From an uncultured Negativicutes bacterium (GTDB lineage Bacteria; Bacillota; Negativicutes; JBAXTZ01): a stretch of 64,000 nucleotides of DNA. The notes under the pieces were generated by a model. The model was not told the origin of the DNA, did no database searches, and saw only the letters and a list, made by a program, of their open reading frames with translations. Both the position numbers and the translations under genes were made by a program. The DNA lies in contig CAVRJL010000008.1 of assembly GCA_963721525.1 (NCBI GenBank), positions 1 to 64,000 of the forward strand, in the 5' to 3' direction. Positions 1-9,799 of the stretch are shown here, one piece after another; position 1 is the first letter of the stretch; every line of letters begins with the position of its first letter.

Positions 1-1091
1 GCGTTTATGAGCTTACCCTTGGTTAAATAGTCATGAGGGCTATGAAGAGTTCTATTTACTCCTATTTGAACGCTCTCGTTGGTGAGTTTTTGTGGCACAG
101 AAACAGTGTCACTTGCTCTTGAACGACTGAAATCCCAGAACAATTTTCCGGTATTGGAGAATATGCTTTTATCGAGACCGCAACCATCGTTGAAGATGGT
201 CGTCCATATTCCTCCCTTCTTGAATTTTATTGGGACGATTTCATTTTTGCTTGTTTTCTCATTTGCTGTGGAAGCAAACGAATTATCTTCGGTTATCTTG
301 CGAATTTCGTTTATGTCAAGAAAATCGGTAGGATAGAAACGAACTACTTTCTTTTCATTCTTTCTTGAAAGCAGAACCCAAGAACGGCTTATTACGCTAT
401 CGACTTCTATTCCGTGCCAGTTCTTTCTTTTTCCGTTCGTAACGTAAAGAAAGGCTCGGTTTCTGTCTCCGATTAGTTCCATTATACCAGTCCAATATGC
501 TCCGCCATCAAGGCAAAGGCAGGATTGCCAATCTTCTGCCGTGGAGCAAAGGAACCAATCTGCGAAATTACAGGAAAGAACAAGTTCCAATTCTGAATTA
601 GGAACTTTCTTGGTTCCTATTAATTCGAAAGCTTTTACAATGTATTTGTCGATTAGCAATGTATTCTTTTTGCTGGTTATGTCGTCGACATCGTAATTGG
701 CAAGAATACCAATTTCTGGTTTCAAGTCGCGAAGGAATGAACTGAAATTATTGATATACCAATCAGCCATTACCTTCTTAATTTTCATGCCATTTTTACC
801 TACCAATTTCTTATTGGTTTTGTATTCTTCATATCCTATATCCATGCTCTCGTAGTGAGCGAAATATTTCTTGAAATAGCTCCATCCTGCATCGTTGACG
901 GTTTGGTTTTTGCCGGTTATCTTCCATCGCTTTCGCAAATCATCACCGAGGAGCTTTTTATACTCATTATCGATTAAAGGATTTCGAAGAGCTGATATTG
1001 CGAACTTTTCATCTTCTTCTTCAAACCCATACACTTTGATATATTTTTCCAATAAATCAAAGTTCTTTAAGTCAGTAGAACTGAAATCCAT
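1..1091 (-). CDS. Hypothetical protein, runs off the window; paralog of 1795..3387
   Basis: Manual translation from ATG at 1091 (MDFSSTDLKNFDLL...ELVLSCNFADWFLCST...SRSWV...RFYP) aligns by eye with the 530-aa ORF (FELVFSCNFADYMMSST...SRSWV...KFYP). Confidence 0.8.
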   Translation of the reverse strand, partial: MDFSSTDLKNFDLLEKYIKVYGFEEEDEKFAISALRNPLIDNEYKKLLGDDLRKRWKITGKNQTVNDAGWSYFKKYFAHYESMDIGYEEYKTNKKLVGKNGMKIKKVMADWYINNFSSFLRDLKPEIGILANYDVDDITSKKNTLLIDKYIVKAFELIGTKKVPNSELELVLSCNFADWFLCSTAEDWQSCLCLDGGAYWTGIMELIGDRNRAFLYVTNGKRKNWHGIEVDSVISRSWVLLSRKNEKKVVRFYPTDFLDINEIRKITEDNSFASTANEKTSKNEIVPIKFKKGGIWTTIFNDGCGLDKSIFSNTGKLFWDFSRSRASDTVSVPQKLTNESVQIGVNRTLHSPHDYLTKGKLIN

Positions 1092-1131
1092 TTTACTCCC
1101 CCTGAAAGAATGTTAGTTTTTTTGAGAAAAA

Positions 1132-1216
1132 AGTCACCGGCGTGAGTTGAACACGCTATCTCTTTCGAGAACCCTAAATTTTGCAGATTTGGGACTTACC
1201 GATTGTCTACGGCGAC
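1132..1216 (-). tRNA. tRNA-Cys(GCA)-like gene with an atypical long variable arm
   Basis: Acceptor GTCGCCG/CGGTGAC, D arm GAC..GTC, anticodon loop CT-GCA-AA, variable hairpin TCTC-GAAA-GAGA, T arm GCGTG-TTCAACT-CACGC, discriminator U; no encoded CCA. Confidence 0.75.
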
Positions 1217-1515
1217 TATGTTATTACATTTATTATGCTATTTTTTTTATAATTTGTCAAGTGTTTTTGTTTCATCTTTCTACGAGATAAAATCTACACT
1301 TATTTGGTTGGAAATGATAACATTTATTGAAGATAAATGTTGTATATACAGGGAGCTTATCTGGTGAATAACTCTCTTCTTTTTCTATTTTTATACCGCG
1401 AGCGTCTGCTGGAATAAAGGGTTCCATTACATTATGGAGTATACAAATTTCTTTTACTCGCTCCATTATTGTCATGATAACCTCCTTATATCATAATTAT
1501 CTTTTCAAAAAGAAA

Positions 1516-1785
1516 TTATCTCAATTCCTCCTCTCTTGGTGTTATAAGAATAGAAAGTAATTTACCATCAACTAAAATCTTTTCGGTTTCAAAATACTCT
1601 GGTGTATTTATTGGTATCATTTTTTCTTTTACAAGCTTTTCTTTATCGCTATAAGTAGCCCCAGCTTCTATTGGCTTTTCTAGTTTGAAATATACTCTTT
1701 GAGTATAAGTTATAGAAAAAGTGTCACTTCCAGTGGTGTCATTGGCATAAATCTTTGGTTTGTCAATCTTGATTACGCGAGCCAT
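1516..1785 (-). CDS. Hypothetical protein
   Basis: ORF with GGAGG RBS, co-oriented with neighbours. Confidence 0.7.
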   Translation of the reverse strand: MARVIKIDKPKIYANDTTGSDTFSITYTQRVYFKLEKPIEAGATYSDKEKLVKEKMIPINTPEYFETEKILVDGKLLSILITPREEELR

Positions 1786-1794
1786 ACTGTCCTC

Positions 1795-3387
1795 CTATTT
1801 TTTGTCGTGACAGTTCTTACACACACCTCCATCATAAATTAATCTATTTTCCGGCCATAATTCATGGCATTGCGGGCAATATTTGTGAATGGGCCATTCT
1901 GCTTCGGCGCACTCTTTGCATCTATGCTTTCTCTTGCTAGCATCTATATCATGAACTATGACCATATTGCCAGTAAATTGCTTAGCAGCGCATCTCCTAC
2001 AATGAGGAAGATTGGCATAGCAAGTAACACAAATTTTTACTCCTTTATATAGAGTTCCTTCTATTTTATTTGCTCCACAAATAGGGCAAGTAAAAGGAAT
2101 AGGAGCACATTTTTCGCAATAACATCTTCCTTCAATACTTATTTTCTTTTCCAGTAAGTATATTGCGGCACAACGTGAGCATCTAAAAAGTTGCTTGTCA
2201 AAGCAAGTTCTACAATACATTTTGCCTTCAAACCCAGCAACTAAATTATTGGTATTTCCGCAGCTACACCTAGGGAGAGGCTTCATATAACTATCATAAG
2301 TTCTTCCATTTTTTTCTAATGTAGAGAAAAATGTTGAATTATTATAACCGCTATATGGAATTACTTTTTTCATTTCTTTATCTATAAACTGTATTCCGCC
2401 CATTGATCCAAAAGTCCAACGACCAAATCCATTCTTATCTATTTTCTCAATAGAACTGACATCATTTGAGGTAGTGCTTGCTATTTTTGCTTTATCAAAG
2501 AAAAGAAAATGAATGTCATTCTTCCCTTTATGACTTTTATCGTCATTGCCTTCCATATCAAAATAACTATTGTCTTTGGTTACTTCTTTGATGTTATTAA
2601 CATTATAGAAAGTGCTAGGATAAAACTTGACAATTGCTTTTTTGTTTTTTGAAGTAATGAAAACCCAACTTCTGGAAATCATGTTATCTACTTCTATTCC
2701 CATGAAGTTCTTTTTTCTTCCATCAGTTATATACATGATAGCCCTATCTTTATCTCCGATAAGACCAGGAACTCCATACCAATAACCGCCCTTCTCCAAA
2801 TCATAACATGAAGTCCAACTTTGTTTTGTTGAAGACATCATATAATCTGCGAAATTACAAGAAAAAACAAGTTCAAAATTCTTATCAGTTGGTTTTTTTA
2901 TAGTTCCTATTTCTTCAAAAGCTTTCACTATATATTTATCTATTTCCTCTTCTGTATGAGGAAGAGTAACCGCTAATTTTGTCTTTACATCATATTCCCA
3001 AGCTTCTCTGCTTTTCAAGTAATTAGCAGACATGTATTTCTTTATTTTTATTTCGTTCTTATCGATAAGGATAGTGTTATCCATAACATTTTTATCATTG
3101 ATATATTTGAAGCCATATTTATCAGAACATCCTACACATCTAAAACTATGAAAGTAATTAGCAAATATACTAACTGCTTCATCTTTTACACTCTTTTTGA
3201 AATCTTCTGTAATAGTTATAGGCCATCGAGCTCTTCTGTCTGCTCCGATGACCTTGGAAAATTCTTCATCTATAAATGGCTCATAGAGTTCTTTTTTGAA
3301 ATAGGTGAGACTTTCTTCGTCATATCCCATATACCTTTCAACGATAGTTTTGATTATATCAAAATTTCTCAAATCTTGTGGCGTCAA
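1795..3387 (-). CDS. Hypothetical protein with C-terminal multi-CxxC zinc ribbons
   Basis: 530 aa; repeated CxxC pairs in the last ~160 aa; paralog at 1..1091. Confidence 0.85.
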   Translation of the reverse strand: MTPQDLRNFDIIKTIVERYMGYDEESLTYFKKELYEPFIDEEFSKVIGADRRARWPITITEDFKKSVKDEAVSIFANYFHSFRCVGCSDKYGFKYINDKNVMDNTILIDKNEIKIKKYMSANYLKSREAWEYDVKTKLAVTLPHTEEEIDKYIVKAFEEIGTIKKPTDKNFELVFSCNFADYMMSSTKQSWTSCYDLEKGGYWYGVPGLIGDKDRAIMYITDGRKKNFMGIEVDNMISRSWVFITSKNKKAIVKFYPSTFYNVNNIKEVTKDNSYFDMEGNDDKSHKGKNDIHFLFFDKAKIASTTSNDVSSIEKIDKNGFGRWTFGSMGGIQFIDKEMKKVIPYSGYNNSTFFSTLEKNGRTYDSYMKPLPRCSCGNTNNLVAGFEGKMYCRTCFDKQLFRCSRCAAIYLLEKKISIEGRCYCEKCAPIPFTCPICGANKIEGTLYKGVKICVTCYANLPHCRRCAAKQFTGNMVIVHDIDASKRKHRCKECAEAEWPIHKYCPQCHELWPENRLIYDGGVCKNCHDKK

Positions 3388-3422
3388 AATAAACTCCTGA
3401 TATAATAAATTGTTTTAGACGA

Positions 3423-3722
3423 CTAACTAATTCTTCCCATTGACTTGAATTGCTGGAACGTGATTTCTTTTGCCATATATCTCTTCCAAGCATTGGAGGA
3501 AATGTCGGCTTGGAATGTATGAACTCTCTCTACGGTGACGTGAGGAGTGATACCCCATTTTGGGGATTTCATCTTGCTGGTGTGAACTTCATGAATACCG
3601 AGAGCTTTGGTGCGAGTTTTCCCTTGCTCGATACCAATACGTTGAAGAGCGAGTTCATCATTCTCATGCAAGGCCCGCTCAACTTGATGAACTAGTTTGT
3701 TACCCTTCTTTTTCTTGCCCAT
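3423..3722 (-). CDS. Basic hypothetical protein
   Basis: AAGGAG RBS, directly after a sigma70-type promoter. Confidence 0.75.
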   Translation of the reverse strand: MGKKKKGNKLVHQVERALHENDELALQRIGIEQGKTRTKALGIHEVHTSKMKSPKWGITPHVTVERVHTFQADISSNAWKRYMAKEITFQQFKSMGRIS

Positions 3723-3747
3723 GGTACACTCCTTTGTTTCTATAATA

Positions 3748-3776
3748 ATTATATCATTTTATAATTATTTTGTCAA
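3748..3776 (-). promoter_or_regulatory. sigma70-type early promoter
   Basis: TTGACA (3776-3771), 17 nt, TATAAT (3753-3748). Confidence 0.85.
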
Positions 3777-3933
3777 GAAATTTTAGTGAGTGTAATTCTT
3801 TATGTTAATTTTTTTATTTTCTATAATGAGTAGCAAAATGAAGTAGTGACTTTTATTCATAAAGCCTATACAAAACTTATATAAGTTTGCGTCTTTGTAT
3901 TTTCTTTTGAAAAAATAGTCCATTGGTTACTCC

Positions 3934-4212
3934 TCAAAAATCAAATTCTAATTGACCCGTTTCTGCGGTTTCAAAAAACCACCAAGGCCAATTGTATCCA
4001 TCTCTATAAATATTTACAGAACGACCATCTGGATGGATAAAGCTGGTTAATTTGATTTTTGTTCCAGCTTTTTTTAAAATATACTCAACATCAATTCCAT
4101 AATTACCATTTTCTCCTATTGCCTCTTCTAATTTTCTTTTATTCAGAAATTTTATTTCTTTTCCTAATCTTGTGAGTAAGTATTTACATGTTTTTTCTTT
4201 TTGTGTTATCAT
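3934..4212 (-). CDS. Small protein ending in QLEFDF
   Basis: C-terminus ...TGQLEFDF*. Confidence 0.8.
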   Translation of the reverse strand: MITQKEKTCKYLLTRLGKEIKFLNKRKLEEAIGENGNYGIDVEYILKKAGTKIKLTSFIHPDGRSVNIYRDGYNWPWWFFETAETGQLEFDF

Positions 4213-4220
4213 GATAATAT

Positions 4221-4247
4221 ATAGGGACAGTTATTAACTGTCCCTAT
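4221..4247. terminator. Intrinsic terminator-like hairpin
   Basis: ATAGGGACAG/CTGTCCCTAT inverted repeat between genes. Confidence 0.6.
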
Positions 4248-4284
4248 TTTATGCTCCTTTATTGGCAGTATTTGCATCGAGCAA

Positions 4285-5130
4285 CTATCTATAAGAAAGA
4301 ACCCCGCTGGCTTCGAGAGTATTGAAAAGGTTATTTATAATGCTATCTTCGAAATATCTGGTGAGTATTGCGGGATGAACCGGAAACTTTTCATGGAGAG
4401 TGTCGAGGATTGCTACCGCATAATTATATGCGTTCTCCATATGTTGCCATACTACGAATTCCTTATAGGAATGTGCTCCGTAGTAACCCGAGCTCAGATT
4501 GGCACAGGACATTACGTTCCTGATGAAATCAGCATCAGAACACATTCCCGTAGAAGGGAAATAACCAAATTGTTTTCCAACATTATGAAGTGCCGCTTCG
4601 AAATCAGGATGCCCGTATCTGTTGTTAGCGCAGATTATGTCTGTGTTTCCCTTCCTGTCGAGAATTATGCCGAATGGCAATACAGAAAGTTCCTTCTTGA
4701 ACTCTCTTACGAAAGTCTTGGCGCTGGCGGCTATTACTGTCTCTTCCCCGTCCGAGAAGATGAAGTTGAAGCGTTTTCCTGCTCGAAGCATTTCGAGGAT
4801 GATGAATACTCCGCACATATCATCGCCACCGAGAACTGCTTTTCTGTTACGAAATATAGTGAATACTTCACCTGTTTCTGTTGGCTCGCTGTCGAACATT
4901 TCGACGTTGAACTCAGCCCTACCGTCGCACCCTTTGGAGCGAACCGTATCTGTATGGGCCGAAAATAGAGGAAGCGTTGGGTCATCTATGTTATAGATGG
5001 TGGTACCTTCGTATATAGAATACGTGATACCGAGTTCTTCCAGATTTCTCTTGATGAACTCATGAATTGGCTGGTTGAAATTCTCTCTTGAAGGGAGCTT
5101 CAATAGCTCCAAAAATCGCTGTCGTTCCAT
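4285..5130 (-). CDS. M20/M28-family zinc metallopeptidase-like protein
   Basis: Motifs SAHTDTV, LGGDDMCG, DGEE, LDRKG, GYYGAHS. Confidence 0.8.
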   Translation of the reverse strand: MERQRFLELLKLPSRENFNQPIHEFIKRNLEELGITYSIYEGTTIYNIDDPTLPLFSAHTDTVRSKGCDGRAEFNVEMFDSEPTETGEVFTIFRNRKAVLGGDDMCGVFIILEMLRAGKRFNFIFSDGEETVIAASAKTFVREFKKELSVLPFGIILDRKGNTDIICANNRYGHPDFEAALHNVGKQFGYFPSTGMCSDADFIRNVMSCANLSSGYYGAHSYKEFVVWQHMENAYNYAVAILDTLHEKFPVHPAILTRYFEDSIINNLFNTLEASGVLSYR

Positions 5131-5152
5131 TCGAAAGCCCCCTTGTAAAAAA

Positions 5153-5446
5153 TTAAAAATCGAATTGTATTTGAGAAGAAGCTGGTTCTATCCAGTTTTC
5201 ATGAACTAATGAAATATAATCTCCGTTCTCTTTATCATTTTCTGTTTTGGATATTTTATAAATTTTAAACCACGAATCTGTTTCATTTATATAAAACGTA
5301 TCTGGAATGTATTCTTTTTCATTTATCCAAGCATCTACTGATAGCCTTGCTGTTTCTATACATCCTCCTATAAAGGGTCTCCCACTTATATCTTCATCTT
5401 TTATAAGAGATTTGTTTTTCAGTTTATATTTGATGGATAAATCCAT
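5153..5446 (-). CDS. Small protein ending in QIQFDF
   Basis: C-terminus ...SSQIQFDF*. Confidence 0.8.
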   Translation of the reverse strand: MDLSIKYKLKNKSLIKDEDISGRPFIGGCIETARLSVDAWINEKEYIPDTFYINETDSWFKIYKISKTENDKENGDYISLVHENWIEPASSQIQFDF

Positions 5447-5447
5447 A

Positions 5448-6176
5448 TTATCTCCTATCAGTTAATAGAACACGTTCAGCTCTTGCTAGCATCTTAAACT
5501 CGTCTTCATGACCGTTAGTTTCTAGGAGTTTATCCATTTCTTTCTCTTTCATATTGTAAATTTTCTTTGCTTCTTTGTCAAGGTTCCAGTAATTGAATTT
5601 GACATCAAGATGTTCTTTCTGGTCTTTTTCAAACCGATTATGAATGAGTCCATTTGCCTCTCGTAAAGCATTAGTCCATCGAACAAATTTATAGAACTCT
5701 TTCAAAGAAGAGAATACAAAGTATTCAAAGACACGAGTATTTCTTTTTTTTGCGCCTACTTGCGTTCTTGTTCCGTCTTTATTCACCCACCAAATAGGTT
5801 CCCCTAAATCAAGAGGGTCTTCTCGTTTTCTATCGATAGTTATTTTTATTCTCAAATTTTCAGCGAAATCTATTTCTGTTCCTTCTTCGGTTTTTACTGT
5901 AAAAGGAAAGCATGCTATTTTTCCAGATTGATAAGGATGATTCTCTATTTTCAAATCAAAACCTTTTTTTGCTCTGAACGATTGAAGAACTTGGAAAAAT
6001 TGCTCAAACGTGCCATAATGATTTTCAGGGTGGTCTTTTGCGTTATAAGAATATAACTTTATGAGGTTTTCATTTCTGTTGATAAAGAAATTATTCAGCA
6101 TATTCACCCCACGCCTTTGCATGAATATAATAGAGCCAGTAAATCCTAAAAGAATAAGAATAGTAGATAGCATCAT
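5448..6176 (-). CDS. Hypothetical protein (start may be internal MLNNF)
   Basis: 242-aa ORF in the minus-strand gene run. Confidence 0.7.
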   Translation of the reverse strand: MMLSTILILLGFTGSIIFMQRRGVNMLNNFFINRNENLIKLYSYNAKDHPENHYGTFEQFFQVLQSFRAKKGFDLKIENHPYQSGKIACFPFTVKTEEGTEIDFAENLRIKITIDRKREDPLDLGEPIWWVNKDGTRTQVGAKKRNTRVFEYFVFSSLKEFYKFVRWTNALREANGLIHNRFEKDQKEHLDVKFNYWNLDKEAKKIYNMKEKEMDKLLETNGHEDEFKMLARAERVLLTDRR

Positions 6177-6180
6177 ACCA

Positions 6181-6408
6181 TCACCACGGAATATATTCGT
6201 GTATTAGTTCTATATCATTATCGATGGCTAAATAAAAACCACCAAAACGATATACCGTAAAACCTATAACGTTCCGACCATGCTCTCTTGGATCTAATTC
6301 GGGTTCTCCAACCATATTTTCATTTTTTACTATTATTGGTTTCCACCAGTTAGTAATGGAGTTAAGCATATATATTTTAGTATTTGGTGGAATAAAATTG
6401 AGCATCAT
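6181..6408 (-). CDS. Hypothetical protein, weakly similar to 6806..7033
   Basis: Both have I-x-P-[ND]-T near the N-terminus, a WK motif and G-[FY]-T-x-[YF]-R-F. Confidence 0.65.
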   Translation of the reverse strand: MMLNFIPPNTKIYMLNSITNWWKPIIVKNENMVGEPELDPREHGRNVIGFTVYRFGGFYLAIDNDIELIHEYIPW

Positions 6409-6575
6409 TTTCTTTTCTCAAATGGTCTAAATGCTGGTAATTTTTCTTTTCCACTTCCTCCGCATTTTGCGCAAGGATGCTTTGTATCTATGAGTTTAGG
6501 AATGCCACCTTTTGTTATGAGTAGAAATAAAGTTTTTCCACTTCCATTACAACATTTACATTTCATAACTCACTC

Positions 6576-6809
6576 CTAAAAATCAAATTTCATTTGTCGG
6601 TTATATGGTATCAAATCGTCTTCTAAAAAGAAATCTCCACTTAACACGTAACTTTCATGAACTTTATAATCAGTTATTGTTAAAAATCCTTGTTTTTTAA
6701 ACAAAATAGCAGGAGTTCTTCTGCTTTCTATATATTCTTTTTGAGTTTTATATCTATCTCCTGCACTTTTTTTTATTGGAATAACTTTGTCACCGACTGA
6801 ATACTTCAT
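6576..6809 (-). CDS. Small KOW/SH3-like protein ending in QMKFDF
   Basis: MKYSVGDKV start; ...RQMKFDF*. Confidence 0.8.
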   Translation of the reverse strand: MKYSVGDKVIPIKKSAGDRYKTQKEYIESRRTPAILFKKQGFLTITDYKVHESYVLSGDFFLEDDLIPYNRQMKFDF

Positions 6810-7033
6810 ATTTCTTTTTCCTGTAATAAGGTTTTTTCAACGGCACAAATCCAGTTATGAAATCTAAATGTGGTATAACCTTCCACTGGAAATGCTATTC
6901 CATATTTATCTATTATTTGTTTATCACAGAAGGAAGTTTCTTTGGTAGCAGTAAACGATTTCCATACTCCTTCATTTATTTTTTTTATAAATAAAGGAGT
7001 ATCTGGTTGTATTATCATGAATAGAAATTTCAT
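6806..7033 (-). CDS. Hypothetical protein
   Basis: Overlap-coupled ORF. Confidence 0.65.
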   Translation of the reverse strand: MKFLFMIIQPDTPLFIKKINEGVWKSFTATKETSFCDKQIIDKYGIAFPVEGYTTFRFHNWICAVEKTLLQEKEI

Positions 7034-7320
7034 TTTATATAATAAGCCGTAGGAGGGTCGATGGCAAAACCAGTTCTACCATCAAACCTCTGCCCGTTTA
7101 CGTGGAGAACGTTATACGGCTTACCAGTATCTTCGTCATATTTTGTGGTTATTTCTGACACTTTCTGATATGAAGAATAACAGAAACCGCTATCGCCCGT
7201 AACGTAGACAGTACCTCCTTCTTTTGCTTCTTTGAAGGAGACAGTAATTTCTTTACTGCTATGAGACTCAACTACTTTTTCGTCTTCTATTGTTCGTTTT
7301 AACCAATTATAGTCGAGCAT
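7030..7320 (-). CDS. Hypothetical protein
   Basis: GGAGG RBS; 96 aa. Confidence 0.75.
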   Translation of the reverse strand: MLDYNWLKRTIEDEKVVESHSSKEITVSFKEAKEGGTVYVTGDSGFCYSSYQKVSEITTKYDEDTGKPYNVLHVNGQRFDGRTGFAIDPPTAYYIK

Positions 7321-7506
7321 TTCTGTCCTCCTACTTGCTAAAGAAATTGTAGAGCCTCACTTTCAAGTAAATGAAAGTATTGTAGAGCTGAGGAATGAAG
7401 TTCACATCGGCAGAAATAGCCATTACAATAGCATTGAAGTCCATATTCTTTCCTCCTAGAATAATCATAAACTTTTTTTAGAAAATTGTCAAGTAATTTT
7501 ATATTA

Positions 7507-7698
7507 TTAGAAATAAAACTCTAATTGTTCGCCTTTTGCTAAAACAAAATACTCATTGAACCAATAAGTTTTAGGAATTCCTTCTACTTCTATATGCTGT
7601 AATTTTAATTTTGATACTACATATACATTTCTTTGTATCATTTCTGGACAAGGTGAAAGTGCTATTCTTTTTACTTTATCTCCAACTTTGAAAGTCAT
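7507..7698 (-). CDS. Small KOW/SH3-like protein ending in QLEFYF
   Basis: MTFKVGDKV start; ...GEQLEFYF*. Confidence 0.8.
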   Translation of the reverse strand: MTFKVGDKVKRIALSPCPEMIQRNVYVVSKLKLQHIEVEGIPKTYWFNEYFVLAKGEQLEFYF

Positions 7699-7707
7699 TT
7701 TATTTCC

Positions 7708-7974
7708 TTAAAACTCAAATTCTATTTGCTCGCCAACAGATAAACTTTTTAAGATTAAATTGGCTTGCTTATGTCTTTCTTCTATATTGTCAAGAATACA
7801 AACAATATGTCCTTTTATGTCGAGCGGGCATCTGTTTTCATGGCAATAAGTTCCAATGCAATGACATATTCCATCTTTATTATTTATAAAGTTATAAACA
7901 ATGGATGCTTGAATTTTTTTAGTTATTTTTTCTTCTTTTATATCATTTATTTCTTCGGTAGTATAATACTTCAT
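7708..7974 (-). CDS. Small Cys-rich protein ending in QIEFEF
   Basis: CHC..C..CP motif; ...ILKSLSVGEQIEFEF*. Confidence 0.8.
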   Translation of the reverse strand: MKYYTTEEINDIKEEKITKKIQASIVYNFINNKDGICHCIGTYCHENRCPLDIKGHIVCILDNIEERHKQANLILKSLSVGEQIEFEF

Positions 7975-7983
7975 ATTAACTTC

Positions 7984-8307
7984 CTATAAAGACTGAACAT
8001 TGTTTTCAACCAAGTATCGTTCCAGATTATCATCTAGATTTTTTTTAAGTTTATCTGAAAAATCAACTATGGCAAGCACTACAGTTTCTAAGCCATCATC
8101 TCTATCTTTGGCATAGGTTTCAGTTTCAGGAATTTTTCTACCCATAACTTCAAGATAACAGAGAGCATATTCTTGGTCCGGCTTATCTATACACTGAAAT
8201 ACTTCAACTACTCCTATTACTACACCGCAATTTACAGTTGTTTTTCCTATTTTACTATCATATTCACAATTGAAAAAATTATGTGCTTCCATTATATTGC
8301 TCCTCAA
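7984..8307 (-). CDS. Hypothetical protein
   Basis: Likely start at MEAH after GAGGAG. Confidence 0.7.
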   Translation of the reverse strand: MRSNIMEAHNFFNCEYDSKIGKTTVNCGVVIGVVEVFQCIDKPDQEYALCYLEVMGRKIPETETYAKDRDDGLETVVLAIVDFSDKLKKNLDDNLERYLVENNVQSL

Positions 8308-8328
8308 AAGTCGTTCATTCCATAAGTT

Positions 8329-8637
8329 TTAGAAATCAAATTCTATTTGCTCACCAACAAATAAAGATTTCAGTATTTTATTTATAACGTCAACACTTAT
8401 TTTTCTATAATCAATTATAGGGCACGTATTATTAAATTTTTCTTTACATATGCTTTCACATATGAGATAATTTGTAACGCAACAATTAAGGGGGTATTTT
8501 TTAGTAAAAACATCTTTATATAGATGATGAAAAAACACATTACTTATTTCTTTTTTATTTTTTAAGACATAACTTACATTTTCTTCAGTAATTCTTTCAA
8601 AACCAAAATTATTTTCAATATCTTTTACAGTTATCAT
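8329..8637 (-). CDS. Small Cys-containing protein ending in QIEFDF
   Basis: ...ILKSLFVGEQIEFDF*. Confidence 0.8.
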   Translation of the reverse strand: MITVKDIENNFGFERITEENVSYVLKNKKEISNVFFHHLYKDVFTKKYPLNCCVTNYLICESICKEKFNNTCPIIDYRKISVDVINKILKSLFVGEQIEFDF

Positions 8638-8649
8638 AGCTGCATCTCC

Positions 8650-8889
8650 TCAAAAATCAAAAGATAATTGCTCGCCAATTTTTCTATATAAAATGAATCT
8701 TCTTTCTTCATAAAAACTACTTTTTCCTTTCAAGTTTACTAATGGCTGCCCTGTTTCAAAATGCTTGCCGACTACTTTGCTGATGATATATTTTTCGCCT
8801 TTTTTTATTGTTTTTAGTTTTTGAATATATCCATTATAGGTAGATGTGTCACTTACACATATTACTACATCATTGACTTTAAGCATCAT
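8650..8889 (-). CDS. Small SH3-like protein ending in QLSFDF
   Basis: LKVNDVV start; ...GEQLSFDF*. Confidence 0.8.
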   Translation of the reverse strand: MMLKVNDVVICVSDTSTYNGYIQKLKTIKKGEKYIISKVVGKHFETGQPLVNLKGKSSFYEERRFILYRKIGEQLSFDF

Positions 8890-9101
8890 TTATTCCTAAT
8901 AAAAAAAAGCATGGGCAAGCAGCATAGCAGGTTTAGTGGATGTTTTTCATTACCCACTATGCCATTTGTTTGCCCATTTGATTTTATCGCTTCTCAAAGA
9001 AATGAGGGCACATAACCAGTATGCCATAGCGATACCGCGTGTGTTTCAGGAAGATATAAATAGCATGGTGACTACTCTTCCGTTTTAACACTATTTATAT
9101 T

Positions 9102-9335
9102 TTAGAAATCAAACTCTATTTGCTCGCCTATATAATAATATGGTTTTATTGAAACCATATATCTCATATAAACATTATAGGAACATTTATCAACAATAAA
9201 TCTTACTAACGGATAAAAATCTCCATCTGCTCTAATTATTTTCCCTATCATTCCTTTTTTAAAATTTGAACTAATATCTTCTATTGTTATTACTTTGAGG
9301 CCATTTTTATATAATGATTTTTCTTTCTCTGTCAT
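9102..9335 (-). CDS. Small protein ending in QIEFDF
   Basis: ...IGEQIEFDF*. Confidence 0.8.
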   Translation of the reverse strand: MTEKEKSLYKNGLKVITIEDISSNFKKGMIGKIIRADGDFYPLVRFIVDKCSYNVYMRYMVSIKPYYYIGEQIEFDF

Positions 9336-9787
9336 GATTTATTAAACTCCTCAAAAGAAGCTGCTTTAAGCAATCTATTATATATTCCTTCATTGCATTT
9401 TATAGCATCTTTCAAGGTTCCACGAGGATAAATAAATCCATATTTATATGCTTTATCCTTTATACCTGCGATTTTATTTCTTATTTCTTGTGAAATAGTT
9501 ACATTAGAGCAATTCCACAATTTACACATAAGGGAATGAACGGAGCAACCTTTACTAATAATATAATGCTGGCAATGGTCACTATTCTTGGGACATTCTC
9601 CTCCTAATCCGCAACAGCAATAGGGGTCTCCTTCCTGCTCGTTTGAATAACATATTGCTTCCTTAACAATTTGCCTGTTGCATAATCCATTGTTTTTCTT
9701 AAACCCGCAGATGTCATTGTCATCGAATATCTTTTTAGCTTCTGCATAAAGTTCTTCATATTTGGCTTCGATAACTTCTGCCTTCAT
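9332..9787 (-). CDS. Cys-rich hypothetical protein (metal or Fe-S binding possible)
   Basis: About 10 Cys, including CCCG and CKLWNC. Confidence 0.7.
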   Translation of the reverse strand: MKAEVIEAKYEELYAEAKKIFDDNDICGFKKNNGLCNRQIVKEAICYSNEQEGDPYCCCGLGGECPKNSDHCQHYIISKGCSVHSLMCKLWNCSNVTISQEIRNKIAGIKDKAYKYGFIYPRGTLKDAIKCNEGIYNRLLKAASFEEFNKS

Positions 9788-9799
9788 AAAAAAAACTCC

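Noticed and set aside
4375-4996. Plus-strand ORFs antisense to the peptidase, and similar shadows over GC-rich genes (10943, 14736, 20034, 25541)
   Set aside because: Antisense shadows of real genes caused by codon bias.
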